DNA from: Oscillospiraceae bacterium
GTDB lineage: Bacteria; Bacillota; Clostridia; Oscillospirales; Ruminococcaceae
Assembly: GCA_021201235.1 (NCBI GenBank)
Contig: JAJQFI010000024.1
Span: forward strand, 266,657 to 330,656
Direction of reading: 5' to 3'
Length of the DNA: 64,000 bases
Both the position numbers and the translations under genes were made by a program. Below the pieces are notes generated by a model. That model was not told where the DNA came from, did no database searches, and saw only the letters and a list, made by a program, of their open reading frames with translations. Positions 30,520-38,802 of the stretch are shown one piece after another. The number at the start of each line of letters is the position of its first letter. Position 1 is the first letter of the stretch.

Positions 30520-31263
30520 TTAATAGAATACTTTGTTTAAATACAGCCCGTGCGGGGGGACCGTTTTGCCCGCTCGGGTTCTGTCGCAAGCGGAGGTTAT
30601 TTTCGGAATGGAATCCCTCGGGAGCTTGTCGTCGTTTATAAACAGGAGCGTCCCGACCATTATTCTTACCATGTTGTAAAGAAATCCGTCGCCGCTTACT
30701 TTGAAGACGACCAAATCGCCTTCACGTTCAACCGAGAAGTCGAAAATCGTCCTGACGGTCTCTTTTTTATCCGTATCGGTCGAGCAGAAGGACTTGAAGT
30801 CGTGCGTGCCGATGAAATCTTTCGAAGCAATATTCAGCTTTTCCGCATCAATCGGATACCAGCTCCGAAACCACAGGTCCTCGTGAAACGCCGAGCGGAT
30901 TTCCGAATTGTGGATTATATACTTATACTCTTTGCCCTTGCAGGAATATCTTGCGTGGAAGTCATCTGCCGCTTTCTCGCACTTTAAAATCGCTATATCT
31001 TTGGGTAACACGCCGTTGAGCCCGAAGATTATGCCTCTTTCGTCAATAGTGTTCTCAAGAGCACATGAGAATACATATTCGTTTGCGTGAACTCCGGCAT
31101 CGGTTCTTGAGCAACCGTCGATTGGGACCTTCTCCCCGAGAAGCTTATAGAATCCCTGCTCGACCGTGCCCTGAACGGTGCGGAGTTTTAAGTTATCCGC
31201 TTGCTTCTGGAAGCCGTGATAATTTGTTCCCCGAAAGGACATTGTTACTTTATAATTCGTCAT
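30520..31263 (-). CDS. truA: tRNA pseudouridine(38-40) synthase
   Basis: ..GCSRTDAGVHA.. catalytic Asp motif; 247 aa. Confidence 0.9.
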   Translation of the reverse strand: MTNYKVTMSFRGTNYHGFQKQADNLKLRTVQGTVEQGFYKLLGEKVPIDGCSRTDAGVHANEYVFSCALENTIDERGIIFGLNGVLPKDIAILKCEKAADDFHARYSCKGKEYKYIIHNSEIRSAFHEDLWFRSWYPIDAEKLNIASKDFIGTHDFKSFCSTDTDKKETVRTIFDFSVEREGDLVVFKVSGDGFLYNMVRIMVGTLLFINDDKLPRDSIPKITSACDRTRAGKTVPPHGLYLNKVFY

Positions 31264-32069
31264 ATCGGAATGAATATGTTTGCAAGTATAATCAGCACCA
31301 AGAACCCAACAGTCACCGCAAGGGCGATATAGTCAAGATGCGTGGTCTTGAGCTGCTTCATTCTGGTTCTTCCCTCGCCGCCACGATAGCAACGGCATTC
31401 CATCGCCAAGGCAAGCTCCTCGGCTCTTCTGAACGCCGAAACAAACAGCGGAATGAGAACCGGGATAAGAGCCTTTGCACGGTTGATGATTGAGCCGGAC
31501 TCAAAGTCTGCTCCCCTTGCCTTCTGTGCGGACATAATCTTGTCGGTCTCCTCAATGAGCGTCGGGATAAACCGGAGCGCAATCGTCATCATCATGGCGA
31601 TTTCGTGCGCCGGGAAGTGGAATACCTTGAGCGGCGAAAGCACCCTCTCGATGGCGTCCGTCAGGGCAATCGGCGAGGTGGTGTATGTCAGAAGCGATGT
31701 TCCGCAGATGAGGAAGATGATTCTCACCGCCATGAATATCATCGTCGAAAGACCGTCGTCGGTTATCTTTATAAAGCCGAGGCTGAAAATGACGTCGCCT
31801 GTACTTATAAAGAACAGGTTCAGTATTCCCGTGAAGATGATTACCGGCAAAATCGGCTTGATGCCCTTTAACATCATCTTTATCGGGATTCCCGAAATCG
31901 CGAATGCAAATACGAGAAACACTATGCCCACTGCGAGCCCGGCAAATCCGCTCGCCGAGAAGAGCATCACTATATATAAAACCGTAAGTAGCAGTTTTAT
32001 TCTCGGGTCAAGACGGTGCAAGACCGAATTCCCCGGAAAATACTGCCCGATAGTTATATCCTTTATCAA
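31260..32069 (-). CDS. ecfT: ECF transporter transmembrane (T) component
   Basis: 269 aa, polytopic, with ..ARG..R.. coupling-helix motifs; follows the two EcfA genes. Confidence 0.85.
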   Translation of the reverse strand: MIKDITIGQYFPGNSVLHRLDPRIKLLLTVLYIVMLFSASGFAGLAVGIVFLVFAFAISGIPIKMMLKGIKPILPVIIFTGILNLFFISTGDVIFSLGFIKITDDGLSTMIFMAVRIIFLICGTSLLTYTTSPIALTDAIERVLSPLKVFHFPAHEIAMMMTIALRFIPTLIEETDKIMSAQKARGADFESGSIINRAKALIPVLIPLFVSAFRRAEELALAMECRCYRGGEGRTRMKQLKTTHLDYIALAVTVGFLVLIILANIFIPI

Positions 32070-32072
32070 GTC

Positions 32073-32936
32073 TTATTTCTCCTTTTTCTCCTCAAGAAGC
32101 CGCATAACAAGCTTCTTCGCATAGCCCGTTGAATAGACCTCGTCGTCGAATTCGATTCCGGCTTCTTTCAGCCTGTCGAAAACTCTCGTAATCTGCGGGA
32201 CGGTCAAGCCCATGCTGTCAAGCTCCCTGACCCGGGCGAATACTTTTTCCGGCGTGTCGAACATGAAGATTTTCGAGTCATTCACAACAAGTATCTTCGA
32301 GACGGTATTCGCAACGTCCTCCATCGAGTGGGAGACGAGCATGACGGTCGACTTCTTCTCCTCGTGGTACTCTTTTATCATGCCGAGGATTCTGTCCCTT
32401 CCGTGAGGGTCGAGACCTGCTGTCGGCTCGTCAAGTATAAGCACCTTCGGCTCCATCGCCATGACTCCGGCGATTGCGACCCTGCGCTTCTGTCCGCCCG
32501 ACAGGTCAAACGGCGACTTCTGGAGTAGCTCTTCCTTCAGTCCTACAAGCCGCATGGTTTCCCTGACACGCCTGTCTATTTCAGCCTCATCGAGCCCCAT
32601 GTTCTTCGGACCGTAGGAGATGTCTTTATAGACGGTATCTTCAAACAGCTGATACTCGGGGTACTGGAAAACGAGTCCCACCTTGAAGCGGATATCTCTT
32701 AAGCGGGATTTGTCCGCAAAAAGCTCCTCGCCGTCGACATATACTTTGCCGGTGGTGGCTTTCAGAAGCCCGTTAAAATGCTGAATAAGGGTAGACTTGC
32801 CGGAGCCGGTGTGCCCGATAATTCCGATAAGCTCTCCCTCATCAATCTCTAAATTTATATCATCCAGCGCTACCTTGCGGAAGGGTGTTCCCTCACCGTA
32901 AACGTAGCTCAGGTGTTCTGTCTTGATTATGCTCAA
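32073..32936 (-). CDS. ecfA2: ECF transporter ATPase A2
   Basis: Walker A GHTGSGKST, signature LSGGQKRR, Walker B LILDEP. Confidence 0.9.
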   Translation of the reverse strand: MSIIKTEHLSYVYGEGTPFRKVALDDINLEIDEGELIGIIGHTGSGKSTLIQHFNGLLKATTGKVYVDGEELFADKSRLRDIRFKVGLVFQYPEYQLFEDTVYKDISYGPKNMGLDEAEIDRRVRETMRLVGLKEELLQKSPFDLSGGQKRRVAIAGVMAMEPKVLILDEPTAGLDPHGRDRILGMIKEYHEEKKSTVMLVSHSMEDVANTVSKILVVNDSKIFMFDTPEKVFARVRELDSMGLTVPQITRVFDRLKEAGIEFDDEVYSTGYAKKLVMRLLEEKKEK

Positions 32937-32950
32937 AGCTCTGCCCTCTT

Positions 32951-33799
32951 CTATTTTAACAGCTCATAAAGAGCATCATAGCATTCGTCTTCATAAATAA
33001 TATCTTCCGGCAAATTAATGCCGCATTTTATCAGCTCATGTGTGAGCTCGGTTACCTGCGGGACGTCGAGTCCCAAGGATTTAAGCTTCTCGACCTGCGA
33101 GAAAACCTTCTTCGGGCAGTCGTCCATTATGATGTCGCCCGAGTCCATGACCACGACGCGCTTTGCCCTTGCCGCTTCGTCCATGTAGTGGGTGATTAAA
33201 ACTATCGTGACGCCGGACTTGTTGAGCTCGGTAATGGTCGACATAATCTCACGCCTGCCAATTGGGTCGAGCATGGCGGTCGGCTCGTCAAGGACTATGC
33301 AGTCGGGCTTCATCGCCAGAACTCCCGCAATGGCGACCCTCTGCTTTTGTCCACCCGAAAGCTTCGAAGGCGAATGCTCGCGATAGTCGTACATCCCGAC
33401 GGTCTTGAGCGCCTCATCAACTCTTCTTCGAATCTCCTTGGGCTCCACGCCGATGTTTTCAAGTGCGAATGCAACGTCCTCCTCGACGATGGTCGCGACA
33501 ATCTGGTTGTCAGGGTTCTGGAAGACCATGCCGACATTGCTTCGGATGTCGAAAAGCTTGTCTTCGTCAGCGGTATCCATCCCCGCAACCGTGACTTTAC
33601 CCGAATCGGGGAGATTGATTGCGTTCAGGAGCTTTGCAAGCGTCGACTTGCCCGAGCCGTTATGCCCGAGCACCGCGACGAATTCGCCCTTGTCAATCGA
33701 GAGCGAAAGCCCGTGCAAAACCTCGTTTTTCTCGACGTTCCCGTTGTCGTCCTCGGTCGTATATGTGAATTTAACGTTGTCAATATCTATAAAACTCAT
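32951..33799 (-). CDS. ecfA1: ECF transporter ATPase A1
   Basis: Walker [10 protein letters not shown], signature LSGGQKQR, Walker B IVLDEP. Confidence 0.9.
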   Translation of the reverse strand: MSFIDIDNVKFTYTTEDDNGNVEKNEVLHGLSLSIDKGEFVAVLGHNGSGKSTLAKLLNAINLPDSGKVTVAGMDTADEDKLFDIRSNVGMVFQNPDNQIVATIVEEDVAFALENIGVEPKEIRRRVDEALKTVGMYDYREHSPSKLSGGQKQRVAIAGVLAMKPDCIVLDEPTAMLDPIGRREIMSTITELNKSGVTIVLITHYMDEAARAKRVVVMDSGDIIMDDCPKKVFSQVEKLKSLGLDVPQVTELTHELIKCGINLPEDIIYEDECYDALYELLK

Positions 33800-33808
33800 T
33801 ATAACCCC

Positions 33809-34693
33809 TTAAATTGAATACCATATCGAGGTGCTTCCCGCCGGCAATGTAAGTCCCGTCGACTCCACCGGCAAGCCTATTTCGTTGCTCGAGACCTTGC
33901 CGCCGAATTTCGGAATCAGCACACTCGAGAGAATATAGCCCATAACCGATGCCGAAAGCCCGGTTGTGTAGCTGTTCAGCACGAAGAAGAGCGGTTTTTC
34001 GCTCAGAACGCCTGCCGTAAGCTTGACTAAATCGTAGACGTTGTCCTCGAGCTTCCATATCTCGCCCGAGGGTCCCCTGCCGTAGCTCGGAGGATCCATG
34101 ATTATGCCCTCGTAGCGGCTGGATCTCTTGATTTCACGCCTTACGAACTTCTCGCAGTCGTCAACTATCCATCTTATCGGCTTCTCGGAAAGCCCCGACA
34201 AAGCGGCGTTTTCGCGAGCCCATTGAACCATGCCCTTTGAGGCGTCGACGTGGCAGACCTCCGCCCCGGCGCCCGAGCACGCAAGCGTTGCCCCGCCGGT
34301 GTAGGCGAAGAGATTCAGGACCCGAACCTTGTCGGTCTTTACCCTCTCGCTGATAAGCTCGCCCGTCTTCTCCCAGTTCACAGCCTGCTCGGGGAAGAGC
34401 CCTGTGTGCTTGAAGCCTGTCGGGTGGACTTTGAACCGGAGATTCCCGAAATATTGCGAGCTATAGCCGACCGTCCAGCTCTCGGGGAGCTTTTTTAAAT
34501 ACTCCCACTGCCCGCCACCCTTAGATGAACGGTGGTACACGGCGTTTGCGCTCTGCCAGAGCGCAGTCTTTTCCGTTTTCCATATAACCTGCGGGTCGGG
34601 GCGGATGAGCCGGATATCCTTCCAGCTCTCAAGCCTTTCGCCGTCAGATGCGTCAAGTAATCTATAGTCCTTCCAGCCGTCAGCCGTTCTCAT
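33809..34693 (-). CDS. Class I SAM-dependent (RlmI-like) methyltransferase
   Basis: Start at MRTADGWKDY. Contains ..VLNLFAYTGGATLA.. and ..IIMDPPSYG.. Confidence 0.7.
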   Translation of the reverse strand: MRTADGWKDYRLLDASDGERLESWKDIRLIRPDPQVIWKTEKTALWQSANAVYHRSSKGGGQWEYLKKLPESWTVGYSSQYFGNLRFKVHPTGFKHTGLFPEQAVNWEKTGELISERVKTDKVRVLNLFAYTGGATLACSGAGAEVCHVDASKGMVQWARENAALSGLSEKPIRWIVDDCEKFVRREIKRSSRYEGIIMDPPSYGRGPSGEIWKLEDNVYDLVKLTAGVLSEKPLFFVLNSYTTGLSASVMGYILSSVLIPKFGGKVSSNEIGLPVESTGLTLPAGSTSIWYSI

Positions 34694-36062
34694 TGTCCGT
34701 TTCCTGCTCTCCGATATGCTCCGCAACCGTCTGAGCGGCGGCCTGAGCATACTGATAAATGATTTCTTCGTCCCTGCCCTCAGCCGTAACTCTGATGAGC
34801 GGCTCGACAGACGATTCTCTTATGTAAATTCTTCCGTCGCCCGCAAGCTTTTCGGAGCAATATTCGAGCATCTCCGTAATCTCGGGGACGGATTCCCACA
34901 TGTTCTTGCATTCGTGCCTTATCTTGACATCGACATCGATTGACGGATAAGGCGTGAAGATTCCGGCGATTTCCGAAAGTCTTCTACCGGTTCCAGCCAT
35001 GACCTCGAGCATTTTAGCAGCCGCCAGTTCTCCGTCTGCTGTGTCGGGAACCTTTCCGAAGAGAAATCTTCCACTTCCGTTGGCACCGAGGTTATAGCCG
35101 TCGGTCATCATCCGCTCGTGAATTGAGCGCTCCGAAACTCCCGAAGCCGTCGAAGTGACGATTCCGTTGTCCTTTGCCCATCTGAAGAAGCCGAGGTTTG
35201 TTGCCCTCGTGACGACGCAGGTGTTTGCGGAAAGGGTTTTCTCCCGCTTCATGAAGTATGCAAGTGCCGCAAGCATTCTGTCGGGGTCGATTGGCTCGCC
35301 CTTTTCGTCGACCATCAGGCAACGCGAGCCGTCGCCGTCAAGGGCGATTCCGCAGTGCGCTCTCGAATCGACAACCGCCTTGCCGAGAGCCGTCAGGTCC
35401 TCGGTGCCGCAGTCTTCGTTTATATTCACGCCGTTTGGCTCAACATTAAGAAACTTCGCGGTGATTCCAAGCCCCCGGAAGAACTTGACCGCCGTTTCAT
35501 AAGCCGCACCGTTGGCGCAGTCTACGACGATTCTGAGCCTGCCCAAATCCGTCTGAATGTCCCTTAAGAGATATCTTACATAGTCCCACTCGGCGTTCTT
35601 TTCGTTCAGGATGTCGCCCAAGTTTTCAGGGCTCGCGTTCGGGATTTCGTCGGGAGCTTCGAGGACAAGCCGCTCTATCTCCGACTCGACGGCGTCGTTA
35701 AGCTTGTCGCCGGAAGCCGAGAAAATCCGGATGCCGTTGAATTCATAGCTGTTATGGGAAGCGGAAACCATGATTCCCGCATCGGCGCCGTACTTGACCG
35801 TCAGATACGCAACCGCAGGGGTCGGAACAACTCCCAAAAGGTCGGCATCTCCGCCTGCGGAGCAGATTCCGGCAATCAGAGCCGACTCAAGAATCTTGCA
35901 GGAGGAACGGGTGTCCTTGCCTATAAGAATTTTCGCACGGCGATGGTTTCTCTTTGCGAGCTCATAAGCGCAAGCCCTGCCGATAGCCATAGCAAGCTCA
36001 CAGCTGAGGTCATTAAGAGCCTCGCCCTTGACAGCCCCATCAGCACCGAATAATCTTCCCAT
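34680..36062 (-). CDS. Phosphoglucosamine mutase-like (alpha-D-phosphohexomutase family), divergent motifs
   Basis: Start at MGRLFGADG. Phosphoserine loop SASHNSYEFNGIRIF, metal loop DGDGSR, sugar loop GANGSGR, phosphate loop RESSVEPLIR. Confidence 0.7.
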   Translation of the reverse strand: MGRLFGADGAVKGEALNDLSCELAMAIGRACAYELAKRNHRRAKILIGKDTRSSCKILESALIAGICSAGGDADLLGVVPTPAVAYLTVKYGADAGIMVSASHNSYEFNGIRIFSASGDKLNDAVESEIERLVLEAPDEIPNASPENLGDILNEKNAEWDYVRYLLRDIQTDLGRLRIVVDCANGAAYETAVKFFRGLGITAKFLNVEPNGVNINEDCGTEDLTALGKAVVDSRAHCGIALDGDGSRCLMVDEKGEPIDPDRMLAALAYFMKREKTLSANTCVVTRATNLGFFRWAKDNGIVTSTASGVSERSIHERMMTDGYNLGANGSGRFLFGKVPDTADGELAAAKMLEVMAGTGRRLSEIAGIFTPYPSIDVDVKIRHECKNMWESVPEITEMLEYCSEKLAGDGRIYIRESSVEPLIRVTAEGRDEEIIYQYAQAAAQTVAEHIGEQETDNENG

Positions 36063-36087
36063 TTTAACAGCCCCTGTCTTTTTAGAT

Positions 36088-37125
36088 TTATAGCATTGTT
36101 TGTCCGTCTCGTAAGAGTCCCAAGTGCTTGTACGCCAGGTCTGTGGCGCATCTGCCTCTTGGGGTTCTCGAGATGAAGCCAAGCTGCATAAGATACGGCT
36201 CGCATACGTCCTCGAGGGTTACCGCCTCTTCGCCGATAGCCGAAGCAAGCGTCTCGAGCCCGACGGGTCCGCCGTTGTAGCCCTTGATAATCATTGTGAG
36301 CATCCGCTTGTCCATCGTGTCAAGCCCGAGGGAGTCAATCTCCATGCGGTCAAGGGCAATCTTTGCGATGTCGAGGGTTATAACGCCGTTGCCCATGACG
36401 TCGGCGAAGTCTCTTACACGCTTAAGTAACCTGTTCGCAATTCGGGGCGTGCCTCTTGAACGCTTGGCAATCTCCAAGGCTCCGTCCTTGTCGCAGATGA
36501 CGCCCAATATGTCCGCCGAGCGAAGGATAATCTCGCAGAGCTCCTCGTGGGTATAAAGCTCGAGCCTCTGGGTGATTCCGAATCTGTCACGAAGCGGAGA
36601 GGTGAGCTGTCCCGCACGGGTCGTGGCGCCGATAAGCGTAAATCTCGGGACGTCAAGGCGAATTGTCCTTGCGCCCGCTCCCTTGCCGATGATGATGTCG
36701 ACGGCGAAGTCCTCCATTGCAGGGTAAAGAACTTCCTCGATTTCACGGGGGATTCTGTGAATCTCGTCAATGAAGAGGACGTCACCCGCCTGAAGGTTCG
36801 TCAGTATTGCGACGATGTCGCCCGGCTTTGTGATAGCCGGACCGGATGTTATGCGTATATTAACGCCCATTTCGTGGGCGATAATTGCCGAGAGTGTAGT
36901 TTTGCCGAGTCCCGGAGGTCCGTAGAGAAGAACATGGTCGAGCGGCTCGCCGCGCTTTTTCGCCGCATCGATATAAATCTTCATGTTCTCCTTGACCTTT
37001 TCCTGACCGATGTATTCGTTCAGACTTTTCGGTCGGAGGGATAGCTCCGCCTCGTCGGTATCCTCCGCTAAAAGCTCGGTGCCGACAAGCCTTTTTTCGA
37101 GGTCAAACTGTTCCGATTCAATCAT
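36088..37125 (-). CDS. ruvB: Holliday junction branch migration helicase RuvB
   Basis: ..[13 protein letters not shown].., ..FIDEIHR.. Confidence 0.95.
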   Translation of the reverse strand: MIESEQFDLEKRLVGTELLAEDTDEAELSLRPKSLNEYIGQEKVKENMKIYIDAAKKRGEPLDHVLLYGPPGLGKTTLSAIIAHEMGVNIRITSGPAITKPGDIVAILTNLQAGDVLFIDEIHRIPREIEEVLYPAMEDFAVDIIIGKGAGARTIRLDVPRFTLIGATTRAGQLTSPLRDRFGITQRLELYTHEELCEIILRSADILGVICDKDGALEIAKRSRGTPRIANRLLKRVRDFADVMGNGVITLDIAKIALDRMEIDSLGLDTMDKRMLTMIIKGYNGGPVGLETLASAIGEEAVTLEDVCEPYLMQLGFISRTPRGRCATDLAYKHLGLLRDGQTML

Positions 37126-37140
37126 GCCGCTTCACCTCTC

Positions 37141-37746
37141 TTAAAATCTGCCGGACGCGAGAGTCCGAAGAGCTCTCTTGATGATTTCGTCCGTTTCAAG
37201 CTCACCCGGGCACTTTGCAACCGCCTGAGCCGCTTCCGACTGGGAATATCCGAGAACGACAAGAGCCGCAATGGCTTCCGCCTTGCTCTGGTCGCCGACC
37301 GCCGCAGTAATCGCTCCGACCTCGCCCGATTCGTCAAGGACTGCGCCCTTGGCGACCTTGTCCTTGAGCTCCATAACAATTCTCTGGGCGATTTTTGCGC
37401 CGATGCCCTTGATTTTTGAGAAAGCCTTCGTGTCGCCGGAAGCAATCGCCAGAGCAACCGCTGCTGGAGTGAGGCTCGAAAGGATTGCAAGAGCATACTT
37501 CGAGCCGACGCCGCTGACGGAAGTCAGGAGCTTGAAGCACTCAAGCTCATCTTTTGTGAAAAAGCCGAAGAGGTCGATTGCGTCCTCTCTGACCGCCATA
37601 TAGGTATAGAGCGTGCATGATGACATATTCGAGACCGAGGTTATAGTATTCATCGTGGTCTTGCAGGCATAGCCGACTCCCCCGCATTCAATAACGCAGA
37701 GGTCAGGCTCGGTGTGTATTATATTTCCCGTGAGGCTGTAAATCAT
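37141..37746 (-). CDS. ruvA: Holliday junction DNA-binding protein RuvA
   Basis: MIYSLTG..; HhH motifs GVGSKYALAIL and IKGIGAKIAQRI. Confidence 0.9.
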   Translation of the reverse strand: MIYSLTGNIIHTEPDLCVIECGGVGYACKTTMNTITSVSNMSSCTLYTYMAVREDAIDLFGFFTKDELECFKLLTSVSGVGSKYALAILSSLTPAAVALAIASGDTKAFSKIKGIGAKIAQRIVMELKDKVAKGAVLDESGEVGAITAAVGDQSKAEAIAALVVLGYSQSEAAQAVAKCPGELETDEIIKRALRTLASGRF

Positions 37747-37776
37747 TTCATACTTCCGTTCTGCCGGAAACCGGCA

Positions 37777-38268
37777 TTAATTCAATCCGAAAACCCGGGA
37801 GCTCGCATAGTGCCCGTGGGTTATTGCAAGTGCCAGTGCGTCCGCCGCATCGTCCGGCTTGGGGATTTCTTTCAGCTTCAGCATTGACCGTGTCATCTCC
37901 TGAACCTGCTTTTTCTCCGCTCTGCCGTAGCCGACGACCGAGTTCTTGACCTGCAAAGGTGTATATTCGTAAATCTTGATTTCGTGCTTGTTCGCCGAAA
38001 GGAGGATGACTCCCCTCGCCTGCGCCACGTCGATGGCGGTCGTGTGGTTGGTGTTGAAATAGAGCTTTTCGAGCGAGATTGCGTCCGGCTTGTACATTTC
38101 GATAAGCTCGTTCATGTCGTTAAAGATAACCCCGAGACGTTCGTCAAACTGCATGTCCGGCGTCGTGGTGATGGCGCCGTAGCCCTTGACGGCGAAGTTT
38201 CTCCCGTCATAATCCAAGACCCCATATCCGACAATCGCATATCCCGGGTCGATTCCAAGTATCCTCAT
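37777..38268 (-). CDS. ruvC: Crossover junction endodeoxyribonuclease RuvC
   Basis: MRILGIDPGYAIVGYGV.. Confidence 0.9.
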   Translation of the reverse strand: MRILGIDPGYAIVGYGVLDYDGRNFAVKGYGAITTTPDMQFDERLGVIFNDMNELIEMYKPDAISLEKLYFNTNHTTAIDVAQARGVILLSANKHEIKIYEYTPLQVKNSVVGYGRAEKKQVQEMTRSMLKLKEIPKPDDAADALALAITHGHYASSRVFGLN

Positions 38269-38387
38269 TCCGCACCCCTGTTTTTAAAATACATATTACG
38301 CCATTTTCTACTTTCCTGAATACTAATTATAGTCCTAAATGGGGGAGATGTCAAGCTTTAAAGGCGGTTTGATTTGCTTTTGAAGAA

Positions 38388-38417
38388 AACAAAAAAAGCT
38401 GTTGACAAAACAACAGC
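38388..38417 (-). terminator. Intrinsic terminator on the minus strand, overlapping the -35 of the antisense promoter
   Basis: GCTGTTG-acaaaa-CAACAGC (38398-38417) followed on the minus strand by UUUUUUUGUUUUC. Confidence 0.65.
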
Positions 38418-38430
38418 GATAGGATATAAT
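38402..38430 (+). promoter_or_regulatory. Consensus sigma-A promoter of the small antisense RNA
   Basis: TTGACA, 17-nt spacer, TATAAT, all exact. Confidence 0.7.
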
Positions 38431-38436
38431 GAAAGT

Positions 38437-38549
38437 GGTGAGAGGTTACCTGAAGCGGAAATTCAGGCAACGGTCACTCTCTCCCACAAAAACTGGTTTT
38501 ATGTTTGAGACTGCCGCGCTGAATCAATCAGGCGCGGTTGTTTTTATTT
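38437..38549 (+). ncRNA. About 110-nt small RNA, candidate type I antitoxin (convergent with and overlapping the peptide gene 3' end)
   Basis: Bounded by a consensus promoter and the terminator CCGCGCTGA-atcaa-TCAGGCGCGG + TTGTTTTTATTT (38514-38549). Internal hairpin CCTGAA..TTCAGG. No ORF with an SD. Confidence 0.45.
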
Positions 38550-38630
38550 CAGGTGAGAGCCCAAGCTAACACCCATGCTAATAGCAGTCAGAACAACAAG
38601 GAACAACTGCAGGACATCCGAAATAGTCAT
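38544..38630 (-). CDS. 28-aa hydrophobic peptide, candidate type I toxin (holin-like-toxin-like)
   Basis: MTISDVLQLFLVVLTAISMGVSLGSHLK. SD GGGAGG 8 nt upstream of the ATG. Own consensus promoter. Below the ORF-track length cutoff. Confidence 0.5.
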   Translation of the reverse strand: MTISDVLQLFLVVLTAISMGVSLGSHLK

Positions 38631-38683
38631 AGGTATTCGCCTCCCTTCGCAGGGGAAAGAGCAACCAACCTCTCACTGTTGAC

Positions 38684-38712
38684 ATTATAACATATAAACC
38701 GACTGCTGTCAA
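38684..38712 (-). promoter_or_regulatory. Consensus sigma-A promoter of the peptide mRNA
   Basis: Minus strand: TTGACA (38707-38712), 17-nt spacer, TATAAT (38684-38689). Confidence 0.7.
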
Positions 38713-38741
38713 CATAATAAACCAAAAATCAAAAAACACCG

Positions 38742-38770
38742 TTGACAAGCCGCTTCAATTCCTATATAAT
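38742..38770 (+). promoter_or_regulatory. Consensus sigma-A promoter of comEC
   Basis: TTGACA, 17-nt spacer, TATAAT, all exact; about 30 nt upstream of the comEC SD. Confidence 0.7.
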
Positions 38771-38802
38771 ATCAGTATCACCAAACGAAAGGGAGTGGTC
38801 GG

